This document shows, one piece after another, positions 39,480 to 49,548 of a DNA stretch of 64,000 nucleotides. The notes beneath the pieces were generated by a model. That model saw nothing but the letters and a program-made list of their open reading frames with translations, did not search any database and was not told the DNA's origin. Each line of letters opens with the position of its first letter. Within the stretch, counting starts at the first letter, position 1. Source of the stretch: Fimicolochytrium jonesii. Its lineage: Eukaryota. The stretch is taken from the NCBI RefSeq assembly GCF_025526975.1, contig NW_026515671.1:1550001-1614000 (forward strand), written 5' to 3'. A program made the translations under genes and the position numbers.

Positions 39480-40406
39480 TTACTGCAGCTGGACTTGGGC
39501 AAAATCCTGGATGGGTGCAGGTTCCTTAACCGCGACATTCGCCGTGCGTATCTTGTTCGGGCAGAGTTTGGCTATGTGGCCGGGTTTACCACAGTAGAGG
39601 CAAAGTTTGTTTGTGATGCGGTGTTGGCGCTCTAGCGGTGTGAGGGGTCCTCGCGGACGAGCAGCGTCAATGATCATAGGGTCGTCTGGGCGGTTGTCGG
39701 GGCTCATGAGGGTGGGGCTAGTGGTAACTGGCACATATGGCTGTCGGTTCCTGCTTCGCTCTAGACGGCGCTCAAACAATCGGTTGTCACATTGGATGGC
39801 CTGTTCCATCACGGTGTCAATTGAGGCGGTAGGGGGCATCGTGAGCATTAAGTCCTTGACGTCTTCTTTGAGGCCGCGACGGAAGGTGGCAATCAATGCC
39901 TGGTCATTCCACGACACATCGCATTGCAGCTGTCGGAATTCAGCTACATACTCTGTTGCTGCACGGGTTTGTCGAAGGTTCTGGAGCTTGTTTTCGGATG
40001 TGCGGATCCTGTCGCTGTCTCCAAAGACTGCTTGCATTTGCTGGATGAAATCATCCAGGTTCGTAAGGGAATGATGGTCTTGTTTGACAAGGGGCGCCAG
40101 CCAGGCCTGGGCGGTGCCAGTGAGGTAGGTGCCAATAGGCCGTATCTTGGTCTGATCGTTGGGGTAGCGCCTGGGTTGGAGGGCGAACATGAGCCGGATC
40201 TGGTTGAGGAACCCACGGAACTTGCTTCGGGTGCCATCAAATTTGTCTGGGAAACTGATTTTGGGTTCGGGGGCGTGGGTGGCAGGGGCAGTGGTCTAGG
40301 TTTGTGCTAGTTCGGCTTGTAGGGTGGTATTCTGTGCTCGAAGTTCGTCAATCGCATTGCACATGGCTTGCCAGGCTTCGGCCGTGAGGGGAAGGGCGTC
40401 GGACAT
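39480..40406 (-). pseudogene. gag: Gypsy gag with an in-frame TAG at 40296-40298
   Basis: PKISFPDKFDGTRSKFRGF, LCLYCGKPGHIAKLC zinc knuckle; the ATG at 40406 is in frame with ORF 39480-40190. Confidence 0.9.
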
Positions 40407-40457
40407 GGTGATTTGGCGTGGAGGTACAGCGGCTGGGGGTTGTTGAGCAGATCAAAC

Positions 40458-40987
40458 TGTTATGAATGGGCGGAGCCGATGGAAATAGAGGCGACTTGTG
40501 GTGCAGGTTGTTGACAGGTAATGGTATTCAGACCGAAACAAGAACTAGAACAAGACTAGGAAGAACTGGTGTTGATCTGCTGGGGGATCAGGAAGTGGGG
40601 AGCTCAGGGGAGGCGGCTATTTATGTTTTTCTGGGAAGGCTGGGGAAGCGTGGGGAAGCAGAAGGGTACGGAATGAGAGGGAAGCCAAGAGAAGCGCCAA
40701 GGGTGGGGAAGCATAGAAACAGAAGACTGGGGATGGGGTGGCTACGCTGAGGCTGTGGGCGGGTACGTGGGGAAGTATGGAGAAGGGTTTGTAAGCGCCG
40801 TGTGTTGGGAGGTGTGGCTACGTGCGGCTGCGTGGAGAAATGAAGGCAGTGGCAGGTGTGGGGTAGCGCGGCTGCGTGCGGCTGCGAGGCTTGGCAGATG
40901 TCAGGTTTTGACAGGGAATTGACATTGACTGACTGTTGGGATGCTGTCATGAGGTAAGCGCATGGCATGGACGCGTCGTCCATAACA
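40458..40987 (-). repeat. 5' LTR, 530 bp
   Basis: Direct repeat of 35110-35639. Confidence 0.97.
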
Positions 40988-41483
40988 TGCTGAGTGCTTC
41001 GGAGCGGACCAAATACCGTAAACGTCAACATCTGATGGAATTGAAGAGGACCCAACAGGCGTGGACAAGGTTGTGGTCGTCGTCGTCGTGGCCAAAGCCA
41101 AAGCCAAAAGCCTTGGCGTCGACGTCGAAGCCACTGAAGGCCATAGACCTTACGCTTGCTGAGGACGAAGCCGTGAAGGCAAAGAGGGAACGGGCGCATA
41201 AGAGGGCTGAGGAAAAGAGGGAGGCTGCCAAAGGGGGGAAGAGGAAGGGCAAGGAGATCGATACCGACGATGAACTGTCGGACGAGGTGAGTGGCCAGGA
41301 GAAAGTTTCTCATATCATGATACCAATACTGACTTTCTAGGAGGAGGGCAAACTTGGCGGACGAGAAGACACGCCGGATTTTGGGGAGTACAAGAAGGGG
41401 ATGAATGCTCTCGGAAAAGGAGGGAAGGGGGACGGCAGCGGTGGTGGCGCTCCTTTTCCATACGTGACAGAATGAGAGAGGGT

Positions 41484-41554
41484 AAGCTGAGGTTTATGCT
41501 GTTTTTCGACGTCCCCATTGAGTTCTCACTCAAAAACGCAATAATCCTCAGCTT
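41484..41554. repeat. 71-bp palindromic motif, copy 5 (between the convergent stops of the H3-like and recombinase genes)
   Basis: AAGCTGAGGTTTATGCTGTTTTTCGACG..CTCAAAAACGCAATAATCCTCAGCTT; preceded by GT, so possibly in a 3'-UTR intron. Confidence 0.95.
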
Positions 41555-41723
41555 CCACCATCGAATCTTGTACACCTCGCATAGAGAACATGCTTTCGCA
41601 CGCACGCACGCACGCAATACATAATCTCTCCTTTTTCGCGTTTCCCTTGATATGCCCTACCCTCATGTTTGGTTCCTTAGCTTATAAGTTCTACCAGAAT
41701 GCACAAAGAGCGTACATTGCAAG

Positions 41724-44569
41724 TTATGAGCACCGTTGTTTTTGATTTTCATTCAGGAAATCTTGGTATTCCGCTAGCGTAAGCTGTTTCTGGCATCGCT
41801 CTACCTCCATTGCACGAGCAGCCTCCTTGCCTGTGGTCGCCGTCAGTTGGCAACGTGCCTGTACAGCATCATATATCCTCTTTCGCCGTGTATAATGAGT
41901 CCGCTCAGTTGTGGCCGCCCGCCAGCTGGACCGCCACCCCGCATCCAATGCCCTTACAGACGGCTGCCTCGCCCTGTTCTCATCTACCAAGCCCTTGTCG
42001 TACTCCTCCCAGACTTGGATGACCGTACCAAGCCGGCGACTCATGATGTACTTTGGGATGTCACCAGCCGCTGATGTCGCTGAGGGTGTAGGCGGAGGAG
42101 TAGGCAAATGCTCTTTGGCGAGGGCTTGGGAAGGCACAGACGTGGCGTCTTGTGAGGCCAACAGGCGGGAGAGCAAGGCTGGCTGTGGCCGTTCCGTTGA
42201 CCGCAGTTGTTCCAATGCATTTTGAGCCTTCCTCCAGGATGGCAACATTTGCAAGTCGGTCATCATGCCTTCTATAGATCCCATGAAGTCTTCCACATGA
42301 TCAATGCGCTGACTATGCAAAGCGACGTCGCTACCGACGCCGTTGATGTAAGCAGACACAAGCTGCGAAGCCTTGATGGTCATAGCGATGCCCTCGCGCC
42401 CGCGTGTATCGATATCTGCAAACATATGGATGTCAGAGACGTCGGCGATTGTTAAGACAGGCAAGCTGAGGTTTAAGCTGTCTTTTGACGTCCCCATCGG
42501 GTTCTCGCTCAAAAACGCGATCATCCTCGGCTTGTCACCAACGAAGGCAATGCACGGACTTACTTGCAGTTACTCGGTCCTCTGAATCCATGACTCGTTT
42601 TGTGAGCGCCGCCATCTGGTGCTGTATACCTTCTTCAACCGTTGCCACCTTCGTCAGTATGGAATCGTTAGTTGCTTTGATCGCGACGGCGACATTTGGC
42701 AGCACATGCTCAATAGATGCGATTGTTGGATCTGGTGACGTTTCCTGCGCCGCCTTGAGTTTCGCGTGGTATTCGAGAAAGACAGGGTTGGCGAAGACCG
42801 GATGGAGCCAGATTGGTTTGCTGGAAAATGCGATTGAAGTAATGCGGAATCTTGTAGTAGGCTTTTGCGTAACTTGACTAGCAGGGTTGCCACGTTCTTG
42901 CTGGCAATGCAAGGCAGTGTGCGCTCCTTTCGATCGTGGGCATCGAGTGCTTCTTTAGCCCACGGGAAGATCTGGTCAACTAGTTCCTGTGGCCGTTCGA
43001 CTTCCCTTGGCAGAAAATACCCGCCTTCATTTGCAGGCCACTCGCCGATGGCCCGCATCACTTCTTTGGGGACATCCGTGTCATACCCGAGCCAAAATGC
43101 ACTACGACTCCAACCTCCCATATTGGTGATCGCGTTTACGTCCGCTCCGTTGCCTCTGGCTTCCTTACTACCGGTACCGCGGGTTAAGTGGGTGACCTTG
43201 GAAGCGTGAATCCCGACTGCCGCGAAGGCTGCTTTGAACATCTTGTTGTGCGGTTGGTATGTAAAGCGATTGGGATTATTTCGCAGGCCCCCATCTTCAT
43301 CGTCCGACGAGAGAACCTTGCGCGTTCGTTTCCTTCCAGTTTTGGTGATATCCTTTTTCATAAAGTACGTGTTGTACCACGATGCCTTGTCAAACAGATC
43401 CGGTGGAGTTTCCTAAGAGTTTCCAGAAGTAGAAACAAGCTGAGGATAACCTCGGTTTTGGGCGTCCCACAACGGGGCACGTCCAAAAACGCACTAATCC
43501 TCAGCTTGTCCACCTCAAGAAAAAGGTCAACAAGCAACATGCAACATGTTCCTTACCGTGCTTATATGCCATCTGTAGAAGAGATACACTGCAACATGCG
43601 CTATAGCGCAGAATATAACATTCTTTGCCCGCATGAAACCGACAGTTTCCAATCGCCCAAATTGATTTGTTTTCCCATGCCGCGATGTGAGCTCGACGCC
43701 CCATGCTGGCGTGGGTCCTTCATTACCATCCAACGGCAGAAAGGCGAAACAGGAGAGTTGTAAACCGCGCATGATTTGGCCTCGCTGAAGGGTGGCGTGT
43801 TGGATCAAAAAGGATGTGTAGTTCCGGAGCCCGGACTCTGGAGTTTGCTGCAAAAAAGGGATCCTGAATTAGAAGAGGCCAAGCTGAGGTTAATGCGGTT
43901 TTTCGACGCGCGCACGCCGGAGACGTCGAAAAATGCACTAATCCTCAGCTTCCCAACGATCAACCATTCACGCACCTGCGTCCACCAATGCTTTGCTAGA
44001 TTCAACTGGTCCTTGTTGTCGTAAGAATCACCTGTACTCCCGATCCCTCGATCTTTCAACGCTTTATAATCGCTGTTATACTGATCCCTACTCTGAGTTT
44101 TCAGCATCTCCTTTATTGTGGTCATTCGAGGATAATTGGGTTTGATGTTCTCGCCCAATGCTTGCTGGGAATCGGACAAGTCCGTCACGGCCTTGACGTA
44201 CTGGTCCAACGTAGCCCGTGACATGGGCTTTGGAGGATTGTAGGGCTGTCCTCTATTGTTTAATGCCCCCCGGGGCTTGACATATTTGTTGAGCCACAGA
44301 AGAACTTTGCCTGGCGTGACCTTTTGCGAGCGCCTGTTGGTGTCGCACCATGCCAGATACAACCTCGCACGGTGGCCATATGTGTTGTTAGTCTCAACCG
44401 GTCTCGCTCGTTGGTCCTTTTCCATTTGTTTAATGGTGCTTTGGTGAACTTCCGCATCCTGCACGTCTTCCAAGTCCTCCACTATGCTATCGTCGTCCCT
44501 CGGGGCGTCACCATCGTCCAGACCAGCTGCAGCGGTGGCCTCTGTGGTGGCTGTAGGGGTCGCAGCCAT
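41724..44569 (-). CDS. Crypton tyrosine recombinase (Ndc10-like YR plus C-terminal GCR1_C), about 808 aa; exons 44569-43976, 43847-43557, 43412-42564, 42415-41724; one apparent 1-nt frameshift near 42820
   Basis: Candidate catalytic residues: R (HATLQRG), K (GKTNQFGR), HxxR (KVTHLTR), GGW, Y (FWLGY). Crypton-like motifs GYFLPRE, QIFPW, LLQDSA..PIWLHPVF. GCR1_C-like YIMSRRLGTVIQVWEEY..PSVRALD..W...WR..YTRRKRIYD. All three introns are phase-consistent. Confidence 0.92.
42463..42533. repeat. 71-bp palindromic motif, copy 6 (in recombinase intron 3, 42416-42563)
   Basis: AAGCTGAGGTTTAAGCTGTCTTTTGACG..CTCAAAAACGCGATCATCCTCGGCTT. Confidence 0.95.
43437..43507. repeat. 71-bp palindromic motif, copy 7 (in recombinase intron 2, 43413-43556)
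   Basis: AAGCTGAGGATAACCTCGGTTTTGGGCG..CGTCCAAAAACGCACTAATCCTCAGCTT. Confidence 0.95.
43881..43951. repeat. 71-bp palindromic motif, copy 8 (in recombinase intron 1, 43848-43975)
   Basis: AAGCTGAGGTTAATGCGGTTTTTCGACG..CGTCGAAAAATGCACTAATCCTCAGCTT. Confidence 0.95.
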
Positions 44570-44591
44570 GTCGTTGCCGTCCAGTGTGTCC

Positions 44592-44662
44592 AAGCTGAGA
44601 ATTATGCTAATTTTCAACGTCGCTTTGGACTTCTCGCCCAAAAACGCAATAACCCTCAGCTG
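44592..44662. repeat. 71-bp palindromic motif, copy 9 (just upstream of the recombinase ATG)
   Basis: AAGCTGAGAATTATGCTAATTTTCAACG..CCCAAAAACGCAATAACCCTCAGCTG. Confidence 0.9.
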
Positions 44663-44820
44663 TACGAACAAATGCCGTCACCCGGCCTATGGTCACACGC
44701 ATAACTAATCATTTCCATTGTACCCATGTATGGCAGAAATGCCCCATTGAGGGCATTTCCGTTTTCTATTAGTGCCGTACATAGTCATTTCCCAAGATAC
44801 ATAGGGGGGTCACGTGACTC

Positions 44821-44883
44821 GCGTTACTGGTCTAGTTCTGAGTAACGTGAACGCGTTACAGGCGTCACTGACCCGATAGTACA
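44821..44883. repeat. Right-end cluster: GCGTTACTGGTCT (44821), inverted AGTAACG (44841), GCGTTACAGG (44853), ATAGTACA (44876)
   Basis: Matches the left-end motifs; the 13-bp GCGTTACTGGTCT is identical at 32823 and 44821. Confidence 0.75.
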
Positions 44884-45781
44884 TGTATGTACGCGTCTTG
44901 TCCGAACTTAGAGCATCCCCTTCCTCCCACCGTTTCCCTCTTCGTAACTGACAGTCCAGATGTCTGGTCTAGCACTATCCACGCTTCCTTTATGGCATGC
45001 ATTTCTGCAAACATGCACTCGAAGTGTTTTCATTTAGTGTTTTTGTAGGTTTTGTCAGAGAAGTTCCTTAAGGGGGATGGACAAACTGGCGAGCTGTGGG
45101 CGTCTCCAGAAAGATGAGGGAGAATGCAGTGAGCCGGGGGGAGGTTGGCTGGCCACCAATCTTATGTTGAACTTTCGTCTAACAATGCGAGCTTTCTTTT
45201 CCGAGTTTCCGAGTGCGTTAATCTTTTTGACGGGCTGGATCTGGATAGGGATCTGCTATTTGTATGACTTCCTGGAACGGGATGCTTGCATATGCTCGAA
45301 TGGGGTGTGCAGTGCGCAACTTTGCGATTCCATTCAACAATCCCCTGAACTTTTCGATATGTTTGCGTTGCGTTCATACGTCCCTGCATACGTCCCGTCG
45401 TGCATGCCATCACGGACTCTTTATAATTAAGAGCGGTGGCCGACGCGTAGAAAGAAACAAGCGTCACCTCAATGTTACCGTTCCCTTATCCACCCCGCTG
45501 GCGGTAGAAGGTGGCCTATTTAGAAGCAGTGCTCCGTAAGGCCAGCGCAAGCATTGAATGTATGGCGTTGCTTCCCCCTGTGGTTCCCCTATTCGATACC
45601 TTCCTTGTCGGAAAGCGCCTGAGAAAGCCACACTTGTGCCTTATCCAACCCTACTTGACGAAACCTCTCAGTTGCAGACAGGCATCAGACTTGGAGGTCC
45701 ATATAGCTGTCGGAGGTGATCCTCGCCAGAACGGAGAGTTACGGTCGATAAACCAGAAGCCGACGGCCTCGCGCCCAGAAA

Positions 45782-48700
45782 ATGGACGGCCACGAAGGCG
45801 ACGAGCAGTCTTTCCTCGACATTCTCAATGCACCTGTAGCCTCGTCTCGACCGGCAGCGGCTGCCAATAATGCTTTCACAGCCTCCAACGATGTACCGGC
45901 TATCGGCGACCCCGACTTCTTTGGATCCTGGGATGACATGGACGCGCAGGGCGAGGCGGAGGATGAGGAAGGCGAAGACTATGACCATGAGTTTGACGAG
46001 GGTATGGCCATAGACACGGCGGAGACGCACGCACAGCACGATCAAAACGCAGTCGTGGAGGACGTCCCAGATGATGTTGGGTAAGGAGGACATGGATCGG
46101 TCGTTTCCTGTGCCGGTTGATCAAAAAACGAACCATTTTGTAACTGTGCAGGCTACAGCTCGACCAAGCGACCGCCGACGCTGGCCTAGATACCCAAGGA
46201 AGCAGAGACTTCCTCTGGGAGGAAGACGAAGAAGCCATCCGCGAGATCGAAGAGTCCGCCGGCTTTGAAGGCTGGGGCGACGAGCCCACGCAAAGCAGCG
46301 GCCGCGGCCGTGGGAAAAAACGCGGTAGACGGGTCAAAAGCAGCGATAAGCAGGAGTTGACGGACGAGCAGGCCGAGATTGTCGGGCAGGCGAATCTGGC
46401 GTACATGCGGGGAGAGTACGCGACTGCTGTCAAGCTGCTGCATGAAGTTATACAGGGAGCGCCGAACGCGTATCAGGCGTGGGTTACGCTGGCGATGATC
46501 CATGATGAGTTAGGGGATACGGTCAAGGCAATGCGCACGTATATGATGGCGGCTCATCTTTCGCCTAAGGATACGGATTTGTGGACTCGGTTGGGGGCCA
46601 TGTCGAGGTGCGTGCGTCTGCGCAAGCTGAAGTGTCAAACGTATGGAGTGCGCGATGCTGATAGCGGCCAAACACCAGGAAATTTGGGCAGAATGATCAA
46701 GCTCTATATTGCTTCAACCATGCAATCTCTGCGGATCCCGAGAACGTCGATGCTTTATGGGATCGTGCGGCGATCTATCATGAGAGAGGAATGATGCAGA
46801 AGGTACGACACAGGAGGGCTTGCTCTCGTACCGCCTTTATCGCTAAGGCGCTGACACCCCCGATTCACAGGCAATAACCGACTTAGAAGCCCTCCTCGAA
46901 ATCATCCCCCACAACATGCCCGCCGTAAAAGAGCTCTGCAAAATCTACGTCGAACTGAACGACGCCGGCCGCGCCATCCCCCTCTTCGAGGCCGCCTTTA
47001 AAGCCGACGAGACCCATCCCATCCAAGTCTCATCCCCCGATGCAGGCGACGATGAAGAGGCCGACGACGACGACGAGCAAGTCCTCGCTGACGTCAGCAT
47101 GGGCGTTAAGGTCACCACGAAGACCCGTATTGGATATGAGGAGCTCAATATGCTGGCGGAGTTGTATATGGAGATAGGGGATTATGAGAAGACGCTAGTG
47201 ACAATCAAGCAGGGCTTACGGAGGATTCAGGGGAGAACGGAGGAGCGCCATTGGGATGAGCATGATGATGATCGGGAGTATACGGAGGATGAGGTGCCGG
47301 AGAGTAGGGAGCTGCCTATCCAGCTGCAAGTGAAGTTGGGGATATGCCGGATTTGGCTGGATCAGCCTGAGATTGCAAAGGTAATGAACCAGGGATATAG
47401 TGTGACCGAAAAAAGTTGGAGTTCGCTATGCATGGAGAGTTGAGGTTTACCCTTGGGGCTTTTCACAGATGCACTTCGCCAAGTTATATGCGCGCCCGGT
47501 GAATGACTTCGCCGAACTGTACTTTGAGGTCGCTGAGGCATACATGGGGAAACGCATGTTTTCGGTCGCCCTGACCGTATTCGAAGTGTTACGGGATAAT
47601 CCATCGGTAAGCATCAGGCACTCATGATTCCGTCACATTCGGGTGATACCAGCGACGTGGTACGCTGCTTACCTTACTCCCCTCCCAGACCGACTCAGCC
47701 ATAATCTGGAGCAAAATGGGCTACTGCTACCACCACCTGGGCAACTTCGAAATCGCCAGCGAGCTCTACGAAGCCGTCCTCGACGCCAACCCGGACGATT
47801 TCGATGTCAAACTAGCATTGGCCCAGGTCTGCGAAGAGCTCGGTGACGAAGACAGAGCACTGAGACTCATCGCGGAAGTCGATGCCGAGTCCCGAGCGGC
47901 TGTGCGGGATCAAGGCGGCGATACCGCGGCGCAGGGGAAAGAAGTCGATGGCAGACACTCGGACGGCACACCGACGCAGAGTGGATCGGAAGCGGTGGTG
48001 GCATTTATCATGGAGAAGCAGCGGAACGTGGTGCAGGATCAAGCGACGAAGGATGCGATGGAGGCCGCGAGGAGGAGGGAGGCGTTGGTGACGTACGAGA
48101 GGGTTATGACGCTTTGGGTGAACATCAAGGAGAAAGTCTCCAGGACGGACTTTCTGAGAACAGCCCGAACCTTGATCACGTCCTTCCAGAACACGAAAGC
48201 GTTCTACCCTACGAATCGGGCACAGAAGTACCGCGGTCTAAATCCACGCCTGAAGACCCGCAAGGGCGGCGTGCAGCATGAGATACAGGAGATGAGTGAC
48301 CGGTTACGGCCGGGAATGACGAAATCGGCTCGCCAAGATCAGCTACCAGTCAATTTGAATGAGTTTCTGGGACTGAAGTTCGATCAGTGGTATGATCTGT
48401 TTGTGAAGTACGCATACGCTGCAGTCATGGACGGAAAAGAAGAGGAAGCGCAATCAACGCTCATGTCGGCGTTCGACGCCAATGTCTTCTACCACGATGA
48501 GCTGAGGAAGATTCGATTACGGTTGCATATGATATGTAAGCTCCGTCGTTCGATCTGGTTGAGGGTGATTGGCGGAAGCGGGACAATAACGGTCGTTTTT
48601 CGATAGCGGTGGCCATCTACGGAGGAAACGCCGTCCACGTAACAGACCAATGCCGGTGGTTTTGTCAAACATCGGGGTATCCGAATGATGTGTATCGGAT

Positions 48701-49548
48701 ATATAGTGCGATGCATGCAGGGTATGTGCTAGTGTCCCTCAGAATTTGGAACCGCCCCATCGTCAAGGTTGACGCGCTTCCTCGTTTTTTATTTATTTTA
48801 GTGGTTCCGAAGCAGTCCAATGCTACGGCATGAACAGCAGCGTCAAATACTTCATGCGACAACTCAAAGCCATGGACAAAGGAGCGAAAACACAACCCTA
48901 TGCACCGGAAAACAGGAACGCGTTGCTGTTGACGACTTATGGCCATCTGCTGCAGGCTGGACGGAGTTATTTGGCTGCAATCGGTACGGATCAACTCGGC
49001 CACTTTGCAGTCATTTAATGACATGGTTCCTGATTGGCTCATTACGATCCCTTCCCAAGCCTTCTACGTCAAAGCCTACCACCTCTGCCCCAACGACCCA
49101 CTCATTAACTTCTCACTAGGGCTGGCCCATATCCAGCGCGGAATGCAGCGCAAAAGCGATAATCGACACATGCATATGATGCAGGGGTTCACGTTCGTGA
49201 TGCGGTATCATCAACTGCGCGGGGAGAACGTCGAGGCGAATTTCAATGTCGCTAGGGCGTTTCATCATGTTGGTACGTTTGTCACATCCCCCGTCTTTTC
49301 GAGTTGGTGCCCGCCCATCGCCGCTCATCGAATTACTCGAATCACCTTCCCCCAACTTATTACCAGGTCTGAACAATCTCGCCATCCCGTACTACGAAAA
49401 AATCCTGGAAGCCTCACGGAAGGGCAAACTGACAGAGGACGAGCAGGATCTCAAAGGCGAAGCGGCGTACAACCTGTCCTTGATCTATATTAGTAGCGGG
49501 TCTCCGGGTCTGGCGGAGATAGTTTTGAGGAAGCACTGCACTTTCTGA
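45782..49548 (+). CDS. TFC4: RNA polymerase III transcription factor TFIIIC TPR subunit (Tfc4/GTF3C3), multi-exon
   Basis: GQANLAYMRGEY..EVIQ..AWVTLAMIH..MAAHLSPKD..LW, LPIQLQVKLGICR, RKSDNRHMHMMQGF, EANFNVARAFHH, EAAYNLSLIYISSG. Confidence 0.9.

Larger units (their letters stand above)
35110..40987 (-). mobile_element. Full-length Ty3/Gypsy chromovirus LTR retrotransposon (Tf1/sushi-like) with 5-bp TSD TGCTG
   Basis: TG..CA LTRs at 35110-35639 and 40458-40987; TSD at 35105-35109 and 40988-40992; PPT near 35640-35654; gag with CCHC, protease LLDTGA, RT YLDDILI, RNase H, integrase, chromodomain. Confidence 0.97.
34327..41475 (+). pseudogene. Crypton cargo gene 2: divergent histone H3/CenH3-like protein, about 321 aa reconstructed; exons 34327-34467, 34562-34924, 35077-35109 joined to 40993-41286, and 41341-41475; split by the LTR element and with TGA at codon 5
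   Basis: RRRGGYRSGELAEAEIKHY..VILKSPFRKLIEEI..RWYQEAVDALQEAAETYISALF..RHAKRRTLNKDDFRMVRYFR aligns with the H3 histone fold; the frame is restored across the TGCTG TSD. Confidence 0.85.
32760..44885 (-). mobile_element. Crypton-like tyrosine-recombinase DNA transposon with two cargo genes and a nested LTR element; about 6.2 kb without the nested element; ends approximate
   Basis: YR/GCR1_C gene; nine 71-bp palindromes confined to this interval; clusters of GCGTTACT repeats at both ends; lies between host Fpg and Tfc4 genes. Confidence 0.8.

Noticed and set aside
33182..44662. 71-bp repeats as a CRISPR array
   Set aside because: Copies are 0.4-1 kb apart, separated by exons, diverged and in both orientations; there are no cas genes and the context is eukaryotic.
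44900..45700. ORF fragments right of the Crypton end
   Set aside because: No recognisable homology and no 71-bp motif; treated as intergenic.
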